Below, in pieces: positions 11,482 through 25,417 of a stretch of 64,000 nucleotides of DNA. Source of the stretch: Lophium mytilinum (taxonomy: Eukaryota); assembly GCA_010093605.1 (NCBI GenBank), contig MU004202.1, positions 321,560-385,559 on the forward strand, written 5' to 3'. Both the position numbers and the translations under genes were made by a program. The first letter of the stretch is position 1. The number at the start of each line of letters is the position of its first letter. Under the pieces are notes generated by a model that saw only the letters and a program-made list of their open reading frames with translations, was not told where the DNA came from and made no database searches.

Positions 11482-14400
11482 GACTATATAAGGTTATAGA
11501 GTTAAATATTAGTAAGTATTTTACCTATATATTAGTAGCCTTTATAACCTTAGTATACTTAGCTAGAGTTATTAGTATATACTATACTATAACCTATAAT
11601 TATAGATAAACTTATACTCTTATAGTAGCGTACTTATAATATTACTAGGTAATAACCTTCTTTAATAACTTAGCGGAAACCGTGTAGTAGAGGATCTAAT
11701 CTAAAGTAAAGAGTTTAGTCTTACTTTAATTAGCTAGCTAACCCTATAGCTTACGTTATTATAATCTTTTAAGCTATTAACTTTAACTAATTCTAGCTAT
11801 AGAGCTATAAATTATATAGCTAGTTACTTAGTATTATTTAAGTTCTTATCTTTCTTATATTACTATCCTACTAGTAGCTTTAGAAAGTCTTAATGCGGCC
11901 CGTTCTTTTATAGGTATAGTTAATAGAATCTCTATACTAGTTTACATGCTCCTTAAAAGAACTTCTAGTTCTTCTAGTTTTCTAGCGCTATATAATCTAT
12001 CTACTATAGTTTATACTATAGTTTATAATATTATTCTTAGCTACGCTAGCAACTAGTAATAATATTCTTAATAGAATACTCTATCTACTCCTCTTCTTCT
12101 TTATTAAGAACTATAATTAGTAGTAGCTCTAGCTATCTTTATTCTAGTATAGAAATAGAGTTATCTAGATAGAGTAAATATAGTAAGAATACTAGCTAAA
12201 CTCTTCTATTAATAAGATCTTATAGTAGCTTAAGCTTATATATAGCTTTATAATTAATAATATATTTAATCTAGTAGGGGCCTATATTCTTATAATCTAA
12301 GGACTTATTTTTATACTTTATCTTAATATTCCGTGTGTTAAGCTAAACCTAATTATCTACTTTTATTAATAGCGGGGGGTTCTAATATTAATTTATAAAC
12401 TCCGCCTACTTATTCTTTATCTAGGTTATCTATTACTATCCCTCTACTAGCACTTTCTAAAGATACGTAATATATTAATTAGCTAGTGTAAGATTAACGC
12501 GCGTGTAATAGGCTAGCCCTTATTATAATAGAGCTAGTAGTTTAATACCTTATTATAAATAGAAACTATAATTAAAAAAGAATAGAAAGAAGCCTATTAA
12601 GGTGTTAACTATATTATTCGCAATAAATTTACTAATAGAAAGTTAGTTAACCTAATTATTCTACTAGTAGTTAATAAAAAGCCTAAGGAAAGCTTTTATA
12701 AATAAGTTTATGTTCTCTATCTATCTATCTATTTTAGGGTAATAGGCTATTAATAGCTTTAGGTTAACGCCTAAGCATATATAAACTCTTTACTAGAAGT
12801 TAGAGGTAAAATTAGTGCCTTAATTACTAATAATTTATTATAGTAGACTATAGAGGCGGAAGATCTTATAGATAAACGCGTTAGCAACGTCTTTTACTAT
12901 TATGCCTGCTATTAGAATATAGTATTATTACTTAGACATATAATTAATTACAACTAGAATAGATATATATTTAATACTATTTCTTATATAGGGAGAAAGA
13001 TTTATAATAAAGTTAAATATAATATTAGTCTAGTAGTATTCTTCTATAGAAAGACTATATAGTAGTCCTTACTTCTTACTTCTAGAGGCTTTAGCTTAAT
13101 AATAACTATAGTAGGCTTTTATAAATTACTTAATAGAATCTATTATCTTTAGCTAGAAATAGTACCTCTAGAGAAGCTTATACGTGCTATACTTATCTAG
13201 ATAGCCGCTAGCTAGTATAATATAGGCAATCTATATTAATTATAATTATAGGGCTATATAGTCTAGTATAAATAATTAACTATAATAGTATAACCTTATA
13301 TTAGCTTTCTTACTAATAACCTTAAACGCGCCTATATTAAGGTTTCTAATAACTTATTATAGTACTATAGAAATAGTACGCGCTCTATTCTATATAAGTA
13401 CTATTAGTATATATATAGTAGAATCTATTAGCTTTTCTAGTTCTAGTAGAATATAATAAGCGTTACTAATTAGATTACTAAGTATCTATTCTAGCTCTTT
13501 GCTAGGATTAGGCTAGTTAGGTTAATTTACTAGAAGGGCGCCATCTTATAGAATAGCTAGCGCGAGCTAGAAGAAGCTAATATATAAGCTTGCGGCTAGT
13601 AATAGATTAAGTATAAGATAATAAGGTAATTCTTTAAATAATAAGCTTAAATAAGAGTTAGCTATTAGGCTACTTATTATATAGCTTATTTATTTAGTTT
13701 TAGCGTTATCTATATTATCTACCTAGAGTTTAGCATTAGTAATAGATAGTATAATTCTAGGGCTAAGGTAATAGCTTTTTAGTATTATTTAGTATTAAAA
13801 TTAATTCTATAGATTATTAGGTTCTTAGGGTAGGTCCTATAAATATCTAGTAAGGCTATCTAGTTTAATACTAAATACTCTAGGTTAATATATAATTTTA
13901 AAATTAAAGCCTATAAGAAATTCCGCCTATTAGGCCTAACATCTATTAAGTTGCTTTATAGTTATAAACTATTCTAGATTTTAGTAATCTATAAGGATTT
14001 CTATAGAGTCTTTAGAATTAGCACTAGCTAGTTTAGGTCTCTACTATTTAAAAGCTTTAATAATTGCGAGAAGCTTCTTATTATATATCTTATAGTTTAT
14101 TTCTTATAGTAATATCTTTATTAAAAAGAAGGCTATAGAATATAGAAGGCTGTCTTCTTCTATTTATAATATAACGCTGGCTATAATATAGTTAGAAGCG
14201 TCTATCTTAACGTAGACCTTTTTACTATATTAAAAGTAAGTAAGTATAGGTACTAAAGTAAACGCTACTTTAAGAGTCCTAAAGGCTGTCTTGCAATTAT
14301 TATTCTATTAGAACTTAGGCTAAGATTTACCTTTCTTATTCTTTTTTAATATATTATTACTAGTTATATATATTATTAAGGTTAGTAGATATATAATTCT

Positions 14401-17400
14401 AGAGAAACTATATATAAAATAGTAATAGAAGTTAGCTAGGCTAAGAAACGCCTATATATCTTTAATACAGGTTAGGGTTTACTAGCTTATAATTACTTTA
14501 ACTTTATCTAGGTCTATATAAATTCCTTTAGTAGTAATAATAAGGCCTAGGTACTTAACCTATTTAATGCTAAATTTAGATTTATTAATATTAGCCTGCA
14601 AGCCGTGCTTGCGCAGTTATTAGAGAACCTTCTTAATGTGCTTTTAGTGCTTCTTCTTATCTATAGAGTATATAAGGATATTATTAAGGTATATAGAATA
14701 GAAATTATCTAGATAGTTATATAGGGCGTTATTAATATAGCCCTAAAATATTACTAGTCCTCTAGTTAATCTAAATAGAAGGACCTTTAATTTAAATATA
14801 CTATAGCGTGTAGTAAATTCTATAAAATATTTATTCTCTAGTCTTATTCTAATTCTATTAAAAGCACTAATAATGTCTAGCTTAGTAAACTATTTAGTAT
14901 AACTAAGCTAGTTTATAGTTTCTTATATTAGTGGAATCGGGTATTATAATTTAACTATAAGGGTATTTATAGCTTAGTAGTTAATATAGAATTATACGCC
15001 GCTGCCTAGTTTCCTAATAAGGAGGATTAGTAATAAGATATTAAATTAGGCGGGTTTAATAAAGCCTTTTATAAGATTATTATCTATCTATTTCTTAATA
15101 ACTTGTAGCTCTTCTTTTAATATTAAATAAGGCCGGGCCCGTGGAAGCTTCTCCTCTGCGCCTAGAAGTAGGTAAATCTTATAATCCACGCTAGGTTAAT
15201 TTAGTAGAAGAGTATTTATATTAGTTTAATTAAATATATTAATATATAGGTAGTATTCTTTTAGAAGCTTATAGAGGATTTTATCCTTTATTATATATAT
15301 CTTAGCGCGGAGGAACTTATTAATATTAGTTATTATAATAGCGTTAACGCGTTCTAGAATATTAGTGCTTTATTAGATAATAAGCACCTAGATACTATTA
15401 TTATAGATAAGAATATTATAATTATTATCTATTTCTTATAAAATATATAGTAGAAGTTCTTTTATATTCTATTCTTTCTTTATATATATATAAGTTAGGC
15501 CGGCGGATATATAATATATATTATATTATATATCTATACTTATTAAAGGTACTATCTTTAGTCTATATAAGGGGCTCTAAGTTATTATAGTACTCTATAT
15601 TATATAGTAGCTATAATAGTATAGTTAGAAGAAATTAATATAACGTTTATGCTAGTTAATTATAGGGTTATATCTATCTAGCTATTTATATCCTAGAATA
15701 AGGAAGGCCGGGCCTAGGTTTATAATAAACGTCTCTATCTATTTAGCGTGCCTATTAAGGTTAAAATAGATAAGCGTAATATAGGTAATCTTCTTAGCTA
15801 CAGCGCCTCTATTAGCTAGTTCTAGTATATAAGCGCGGAGTAAGAGAATTAGGAGTAGGTTATAGGTATATATGTAAGTAGTATTAATAAAGATATATAT
15901 AGCTCTACTATTAATAAGTAAAAGAGTAGGTATTATAGAAATAGGCTTACTATTCTTATATATCTAGACGTCTCTAACTAGCTTTAGATAATAATTATTC
16001 TATAGAGTAATATCTATTTAAATTAATACTTTACTAATTTTAAGAGTCTCTATAGAATCTAGCCTAATTTTATCTAGCTTATTAATTATACCTACTACTT
16101 CTTTATATATTAACTATATAACTAGTATTATATTACTACTACTTACTATAGGCCCTAAGTTGCGGCTATAATCTAGAGCTAAGTATTTCCCTATTTATAG
16201 CTATAGCCTTAACCCTATAGATTAGCGTTATTTATAGCGTAAATAGCTAGAGCGCCGGGCTAGGCTTAATAAGAATAGTTAGGGTATTAATTAATAAGCT
16301 AAGCTATAGAGTAGTTAGGGTTTCCCTTTTTATACTCTAGTATATAATAATAGTAGTAACCTTCTATAGCTTTAAGTGCGGCGCGCTTATTATTAGTAAG
16401 AATGCCTAGGGGCTACTAGTCTATAGAAATATTAACGGGGCCCTATAGCTAACTAGTATAGAAATTAATATTATTATCTACTTCTACTATAGTAATAGCT
16501 AGCGGAGTATAGCTTATATTTATTATAGTTAGATTATATAGAGTATATAGCGCCTAAGGCTAAATATAACTATTATACTAATAGCTTCTATATTATCCCC
16601 CGCGTTAATAGCCTCTACGCTAGTAATCTCCGCGCTAGTATTCTTACTATAGCTAGAAAGGAGATAGTATATATATATTATATATAGTATACGCAGTGCT
16701 ATTATACTAATAATAGTATATAGCCGCTACTATATCTAATATAGTAGGAAATAATTTACTATCTACTACACCTTTAGTAATCTAGAGTAGAGAGAGCTTA
16801 TAGAGTATTCTTATAGTATCTTTATTATAATTCTATTATAGTATTATATTAGTTTATTCTTCTATATAGCTATAGAAGTTATCTATATTCTTACTCTTTT
16901 ACTAGTATAGGTTGCATAATATCTTATAAGTAGTAGCTTCTATATTAGGGTTAAGAAATTAGGCGTCTATAAAAACCTAACCTTTATTTAGCGTGTATAG
17001 CTTATTTATAGATATCTACTATAATATTATAAACTTACTAGTAATAGAGTTAAGCTTAATTCTAGATACTATATATATAAGCTGCGCAGTATCTATAGTA
17101 AAGGCGCGTTCTCTACTAGTAATCTTAAGTATAATATAGCCTTTCTAGCCTAGGTATATAGCTTTATTACTATTAAACTCTAGTATATTAGTAATATAGT
17201 TTTATAATAGTAATTATAACTAATAATACTTAAATTAGTATTAGCTGCAACTCTAAAGATTATTATTATCGCTAGAGAAGCTATTAGAGCTAGAGCTAGA
17301 GCTACTAGAATTGCTAAAGTCTAGGTTATAGCGCTTCTTTTTTTATAACCTAGACTTCTTAGATTACTTTTTCTACTTAGAATTATTCTAATCTATTATA

Positions 17401-18895
17401 TTATAGTCCTCTAGTAGTAGAGGTAGTGCGCCTTCTAGGCTAGTTATAGTTATTATAGTAGGGAAGAACCTATTAATTATATTAGAACTAGTAGGCGCTA
17501 TAGCTTTCTTTAAAGTTATAGCTATTACTATAAGTATAGGTCTAGTAGGTATTGCAACTAGAATAGTAGCTAGTATAGTAATAATAGCGCGGCGTTTAAG
17601 CTATATAATCTTACCTTTAAGAGCTTTAATTATAATACCCTAAGTCTTATAAGCTTTCTTTATAGACTTAAAGTTTTCTTTTTAGATAGTAACCTAAGTA
17701 ACTTAATAGTTATATTTAATTCTTAACTTTTTAAGCTTTATCTTTATCTTCTTAAGCTTATACTCTAGCTTCTCTATATTAGTAGCTTACTCTAGTATCT
17801 TATCTACTTTAAAAGCTAGCTCTAGCTCTTATATAATTAATTTATCTTTAAATAGTTAGATTTAGTCCTTAGCTAATACATTAGTAAGCGCATCCCGCTT
17901 AGTAATAGCAGTATTGCGTTAGGATTTAATATCTTCTTATACTTTCTTAAGTTTAACTATCTAGGCGGTAAGGGTTTTAACTTATTTCTCTAGAATCTTA
18001 ATTTTATTTTCTTTCTTCTAAACTAAGTTCTATTTAAGATTAAGCCTATCTTAAAGGGTCTTATAGCTATATTTAGTATTCTTATATATAATTTCCTTAC
18101 GCTATACTTATAGCTTATATTCTTAAAGAATCTAGTATTACTTCTTAGAATTTACCTTAATAAGTATAAGGTAGATATTAGCGTTATTAATCTAAATAAG
18201 TTTAAGCTTCTTAGCTTAGCTAACTATTAAGTAGTTAATAAAAGTAAAGTCCTCTATAAAGTAACCTAGTATAGTTCTTATTAGTTCTATTAGCGTATTA
18301 CTAACGCAACGGGCGGGGGTATTAATCTTACTTATTAGAGGCCTATCTATACTATATTTATCTATAGTTTTATCTATAGTAGTATTACTGCCTTTAATAT
18401 TTTAAGTAAATATAGGCTAGCTATAATCTATAGTATTTAATATTTACTAAGTCTCTTCTAGAAGTTCTATATTCTGCGTAAACTACTCTACTTATAAGTA
18501 TTATTCTTTCTATAACTTCTTCTTACGCTAAAGGCAACCTTATAATAGTAAGACTAATATCTAGAGTTAGTTATTATTAGAGTTAGTAGAGAAAGTAGAA
18601 TAAGTATATAGAGGCTTATAGTTAGACTTAATATAGATAGGGTTTTTCTTATTTACTATAATAAGTAGTAATAATTAATCTATAGATTATAGAAGGGGAT
18701 AGAGTATATATAGCGTAGTGCTAAATTAGTTAGTAATATAGAGGGGGTAGAGAAAGAAGAAAGTAAGTATAGTAAGTAGGCTTAGAGAAAGTAGCTATAT
18801 AGCTAGAGCTAAGTTAGGTTTCTATATATAGTAAATAATTACTAATTAAAAAGCTACTTATTTTAGTAATTCTAAGTAAGTATATTATAGTCTTA

Positions 18896-19029
18896 TTACT
18901 AAGCGGCCTATAGGCTTATTACTAAGCGGCCCGCAGGCTTATTTCTAAGCAGCCTATAGGTAATTAACTAAGCGGCCCGCAGGCTATATACTAGGCGGCC
19001 TATAGGCTGTAATTAAATAGCCTATAGGC
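18896..19029. repeat. About six ~23-bp units (CTAAGCGGCCCGCAGGCT core) in the 5' leader of Gypsy B
   Basis: Units alternate between GCGGCCCGCAGG and RIP-converted GCGGCCTATAGG. Confidence 0.8.
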
Positions 19030-22000
19030 TTTCTTTAACTAGGTAGGTTCTTAGACTATTTTTATACGCCTATAGGCTATAAAAATATACTTTTATAGAT
19101 CTTAGAGTTACTTAACTAAGTAAACCCGTAGGTTAATAGTAGAGTTTTAAGAAATTATAGTCTATAGGTTGCGCGGCTAGGCTAAAATAGTATAGAACTA
19201 AAGTAATAATATTTAAGGCTGCTAGATAGTATATAGTCTAGTTTTATAATAAGTAGCTAGAATTATATAAAAAGAAAATCTAGTATATAGATAGTATATA
19301 GTATTATAAGTAGTAAGGTATAAAAGTATATAGAATAAGAAGTAGAATTATATTATAAGATATGCTACAAGAAGCTAAAGTATAAGGCTGCTTGCAATCT
19401 ATCTAGAGAGGTATATTAGTAGCAGAATAATAATATTCCTAGTAAGTATATAATAGCTAGAGAAAGAGGCCTAGATCTATTATAGTCTAGATAGCCTTTT
19501 TTATACTAGATCTAGTTAATAAAGGCCTATATAATATTCTCTAGCTCTATAGAGTCTAGTAGAATAAACTTATACTTTTTAAAGAGTTAATTAATAACTA
19601 CTATAATATATTAGTATATATAGCCCTTAATAGTATAAGAAGGTAGCTTAGTAATAAAGTTAATAGAGATATCTATCTAGTATTAATTTAGAATAGGTAA
19701 TAGCTTAAGTAAGCTATATTTACTATTCTTATAAACCTTAGTATATTTATATATTAGGTAGATATTAATATATATAGTAATAGAGTTTATAATATCTAGC
19801 TAGTAGTACTAGAAGAAGAGGTAATAGTAGAGGGAGTTTCTTCTAGTATAGCCTCTAGAGAGAGAGTTATAGACTTTCTTAATTAATTATATATAGAGCT
19901 TTACATTATATAGAATATATAGGCGGCTATTAATAAATAGCCTATTTTTATAGATTTTATAGTTACTAAGCTTAATTTTAATTTCTTATTTCTAAATAAG
20001 TTTAAGAGGAATTTATTATTTATCTATCTCTTTAGCGTGTATAATATACTAGAGGATATTATTCTCTATATATATATAATTAATCTACTAAATAGTAGTA
20101 TTATTAGTATAGTTACCTAGTAAGTTCTTATCTAACTTATTACTAGGCTTAGATACCTTTAGTGCTCCTTCTTTAGCGGTAGAGTCTATAGGTGCGGGTT
20201 TAGGGGTAATAATATTAGAGGTAGTATTTTATAGATCTTTATCTAACTTACTATAATTAGCTGCAGCCTTAGTTAAGTACTTCTTTACTCTTATTCTATT
20301 AGCTGCTAGAATAATATATAGAATATTTATAAGGTATTATTCTATAACTTTATATATTAGCTTAGTAAGCTAGATAATAGATACTTTCTATTTATTAAGA
20401 AGTATACTAGCAAGTTAAAGGGCTTAGTATATTTCTTCTAGTAGGTTTTATTTCTTTAATACTATCTATATTTAATATATAGTTCTAGAGTTATTTAGAT
20501 TATTTAGAATATTACTAGGCCTATAAGTAAGGCTATTAGGCTTAGTTAACTACTTACCTAGTTGCTAGTTTAGGATAAAATTAAACTAAGAGAGGTATTT
20601 AGCCTAATAGGCTTAGTAGTAATTAAGCTGCTTTAATAATATAAAGTATTCTAGGTTTTTATAATCTATTTAAATAAGTATAGAGTTAATAACGCCTATA
20701 AGTTTAGGGTGCTATTCCTTAAAGGCCTATATAATAGCGAGTAATTCTTTATTATAGATCTTATAATTAAACTTAGCTAGAGTTATCTTTTTTAATAGGA
20801 AGGTAATAAGATATAGAATTCTATTTAGTCTATATTATAAAAGGATCGCCGCTACTATATAGTTAGAGGTATTAGTTTTAAGAATATAATCTAAATCTAA
20901 ATTAAAATAGGTAAGAATAGAGGCTATTAGAAATAAGGCTTTAAGTCTTTTAAAGGCTTAAGCTGCTAGGCTATTAGTAAGTAGTAGAAAGTTACCTTAT
21001 TCTATAGTTTTCTTAGTAAGCTCTATTAGCGGAGCAGCAATTTATAAGTAGCTAGTAATAAATCGCCTATAAAAGTTATAGAAGCTAAAAAAGAATTATA
21101 TATTCTTAATATTATAGGGTAGATTCTAATCTTAAATAGCGCTAACTTTAGCGGGGTCTATTTCTATTCTATTAGGCGTAATAATTAGGCCTAGGTATTT
21201 AACCTTTTTAACTAAGAAGTAATACTTATTAATATTAAGATAGAGTCCCGCATTATAGAGGGCGGTAAGAATATTAATATAGTCCCTCTTATAGTCTTCT
21301 TTATTATTACTATATATAAGAATATTATCTATATAGGCTATATAGTAGATATTAAAATATAGTTATAGAACTAAGTTAATAAATAACTAGAATATACTAG
21401 AGGCATTATATAAGCTAAAGGGTATAATATTAAACTTAAAGACGCTGTATTAGGTGTAAAAGGCTATCTTAGGCTAGTTACTATTCTTAACGCGGATATT
21501 ATTAAATACAGTAATAATATTAAAGATAGAGTATATCTTAGCTTTATAAAGCTACGTAATTATATTATATAAAAGAGAAGAAGTATTTCTATCTTTAATT
21601 ATAATTTTATTTAGTAAGTAGTAATTAATATAAATATAGAGTCCTCCGCCTAGCTTATAGATAATAATAATAGGCGCTATAAATAGTAACGTGCTAGGGC
21701 GAATAAAACTCTTTCTAAGTATTTTATTAATATAGGCTTTAACGGCCCGTAGCTTATTATAAAAGAGGCTATATTAGTAAGAAATAGAAGGTTTTATATT
21801 TAAATCTTTAAAGTTAATAGTATAGTCTACGCTAGGCCTATATAGTAGTAGTTTATTCGCCGCTTATAGATTAAAGGCGTCTAAAATCTAGTAGAAAAAG
21901 AGTAGAACTTTCTACTATAGCTAATTCTTAGTATAAGGTAATTTAGTTATTTTCTTCTTAAATTAATAGTAATCTTCTATAGTAACGCCTGTAAGGTTTA

Positions 22001-25000
22001 CTATCTAGCGCCTATAGGCGTATTATTTATCTATTTTATTAGGCTAGTCTAATTACTTAAAGTTTTATAAAGTAATAGTTATTACTATATTTTTATTTTA
22101 TTTTACTATAGTAGAATAGGCGTATATAGAGATAAATTAAATATTATATTTAGGTAGTTTATCTAGTAGAACTAGTTTAAAAGAAAGAGGTTTTCTATTA
22201 TAGTTAAGCTAAGGGGAGTCTTTAGTATTATTAGGCCCTTTAATAATAGGGCTAAGGTTAGAGTTAAAGTTAGAGTTATATTAAGAGCTATAGAAATTGC
22301 CTAGATTCTAGTATAGTTTAATTTTAATATATTTTAAATAGATAAGGCTCTTTATAACTACTAGCCTACTATAATAAAGGTAGTTAGATATGCAATAGTT
22401 AGATTAGAAGATTAGCTAGGTCTTTCTAAAGCTAATAGTAGGGTTATAAAGCTAGAGCTAGGGTATATCTAGAATTATATTATATTATCTAGTATTAGTA
22501 ATATAGTAGGTAATAGTATTATAGTAGTTACTAATATAGAAGGTAATATCTATAGCGCGGTTTAGTATAATAGAGAGCTTACTATTAGTAAGCTTAAGAA
22601 TAATAGGTTATTAAAGGGGTTAGGTAGATATCTTATAAAGGCGCGCGGTCTTTAAATAAAGAAACTAAGAGCCTAATTCTATATTAGAAAGAATCTTAGT
22701 AGTAAAAAAGTTAGAAATAGAATTAGATTAGAGAATTCTACCTAAGAAGCTAAACTATTTACTATTAACTAGCTGCGGCGTAAAGTAGATATATATATAA
22801 TAACTAGCTTAATTTCTTATTCTAAAATAGTAATTCTATCTATAACTGCTTTTAATTTCTTATTATTAAAGGCTATTAGAGGTCCTTAGTAGTAACTATT
22901 ACTAAAAACTAAGTATTTCCTATTATCTTATTATAGGTAGAGCTAGTATTTATAGCGCTAATATTAATATTAATACTAGTAAGGTTAATTTTATCTATAA
23001 GGCTGCTAGCCTTATAGATTAGAACTAGCTATTAGCTAATATATAGGGTATTACTATTAGCTATATATTTGTATTTAAGATAGTTCTAGTAGTAACCTAG
23101 CTACTTAAGGTAAGTAATAGTGCGGTAATCCTAACTAAAGGGGCCTAGAGAGTTATTTATAGTAGTAGTAGTTAGAGTAGTATTACTAGTATTATTCTTA
23201 GATATATACTTAGTATTAGTAAGTAGTAGGTAGTAAGGTACTATTAATTTTATACCTATAGGTTTACAAGTATTATATATAGACTTAGAAGTCTCCTTAT
23301 TTTTATAGATATTCTTATTTAGCTTAATAATATTAAGCTATAATTCTAGAGTTTATAGAAAAGTAATAAAAGTTATTATATTAGTATCTTACCTATTAGC
23401 CGCCTTATACTTAAGGCTATTAGTAAGATTACATTATATTTAATAGATCTTTTTAGGGTCTTTAAGGTAGAGGGAGGCTATACTAGTATTAAAGCGCCCT
23501 ACCTAGATTATAATATACTTATCTTTCTTCTATATAAATTTACTATTATATAAATTAGTATATATATTAGCTACTTTATTAAAAGGTCTATAGACTTTAT
23601 CTAGATTATTAATTAGTTCTTCTATAGAGAGGTATAGCTTATTACTATTAAATTTAGTATAATAGAAGATTATATTAAAGGCTTCTTTCTTAAGCCTATT
23701 ATAAATATAAATTATATAATAATGCGCGGTAGTATATAGTAGTGCGTAGATATCTAGCTTACTAAGTATCTATATACGCTATTACTAGTAGAATAGCTTA
23801 TTCTTATTACTACTACTAAACTTATCTAGATTAGAGTAATAAGATATTACTATATACGCGCTAAGATTCTAAATAGATATAAATAGAGTAATAAACTTAC
23901 TCTTAATAGGTTTAAACTATAGAGGCTAGCTAATAGAATAATAATAAAGTAGAACTATAGGTATAGAAGAATAAGTACTATTATTATTATTAGAATTATA
24001 ATTAGAGTCTAAGGGCTATAGGCCCTACTAATAAAGCTATTACTTAAGCTTTTTAATATAAGTAGTAAGCTTCTTATATATCTTCTTAAGGGTCTAGTAC
24101 TTACTACGCTAGTAATTATAGTATAAGCGCATCTAATTAAGCTTAAGGTTAGCCTAATAACTAATTATAACTTACTATAGCTACTCTATATAATAGGCCT
24201 CTAGTTTTTATTCTACTATAGTAGTATTATTAGCGGTATTCTATTTATACTTTTAGTATTTATTCTAGAGCTTATTATAGAGCTTATCTTTATTATTAGC
24301 TTTTTTAAAAGCCTACTTTATACTCTATATAGAGCTTCTAGAAGAATTTCTACTATACTAGATTATTCTTATTTACTATAGTAGTAAACTCTATCTTATT
24401 AGTAACTATAGTATTAATAGTTATAGTATTATTACTATAATAGTTAAGAAGCTAGACTAGTAGCTATATATAGCGCTATAGGTTAGTTTCTTATAGTCTT
24501 TCTAGAATATTAATATATTTAGGTTTAGTATCTAGAACCTATTTAGTCTTATAATATATAACTAGAATAGAGGCTTATTAGTCTACTATAGATACTTAGT
24601 AATAGATAGCGCATAGCTTACTACTACTAGCTTAGGCGTAAGGGTTATATATATTATCTTCTATAATAAATTAGATAGCGTACTTACCTAGAATATTTAT
24701 ACTAGGTATAATAAAGCTATCTTTATTATTAAAGTCTTAGTCTAGGTATTATATTATTTCTTAGTATTCTCTTAGTAGTTATTAAGGTTAGGGGTTATTA
24801 TATGCACGGACGTTATATAATCTCTAGGCTAAGGGTTCTTCTAGCGCCTAGGGTTCTGCCGGCGCGCACTTAACTATATAGTAGGCTTATAGCTAGAGCC
24901 TCTCTTCTCTCTACGCAACCTTATTAATAGAAATATAACTCCTTTCTAGCTATAAGCCTAATACTAGGTTATATTATTCTTTAAAACCTAGAAATATAGA

Positions 25001-25122
25001 AATATAGAAACCTTAATTTCTTTTTATATAGCTATACTACTATATACGCGCGTACCTATATAGGTGCTGCTGGCTTTAAGATTTAGCTATATAATTACTA
25101 ACCTTAAAACTAACACGTTTTC

Positions 25123-25124
<2 letters not shown>

Positions 25125-25154
<30 letters not shown>
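25125..25154. repeat. (TTAC)n microsatellite, about 7 units, in the leader of Gypsy C
   Basis: Directly visible. Confidence 0.85.
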
Positions 25155-25417
25155 AATACTCTCTTCTTATTTCCTATACTATATAAAGCCTAGGCCTTAC
25201 TATAAATAACTAGGTATAACTAACTATATTAATAATACGCCTAGTAGGTAACTCTATAACTCTAATATTCTATAAGGTAAGGGGGGGGTTAGTTACTAGA
25301 ATATTAAGAAGATATAGAATAACACTTAGGGCGATATCTTTAAAGAAGCGGATAAGAATATACTACTAGTAAACCTTAACTACTTAGCCTTACGTATAAA
25401 GAATTAATAAAACTATC

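Larger units (their letters stand above)
11107..19484 (-). mobile_element. Gypsy/Ty3 (chromovirus-like) LTR retrotransposon B, 8378 bp, inserted in the pol region of A; LTRs 11107-11289 and 19302-19484
   Basis: 183-bp LTR pair, TSD GTCTA (11102-11106 / 19485-19489), minus-strand PPT at 11290-11300, RT YLNNILIY (=YLDD) ~14670-14695, GPY motif ~12280, gag zinc-knuckle relic ~16170-16210. Confidence 0.93.

Noticed and set aside
18896..19029. CRISPR-like repeat array
   Set aside because: Eukaryotic DNA; units are head-to-tail without unique spacers and lie inside an LTR element.
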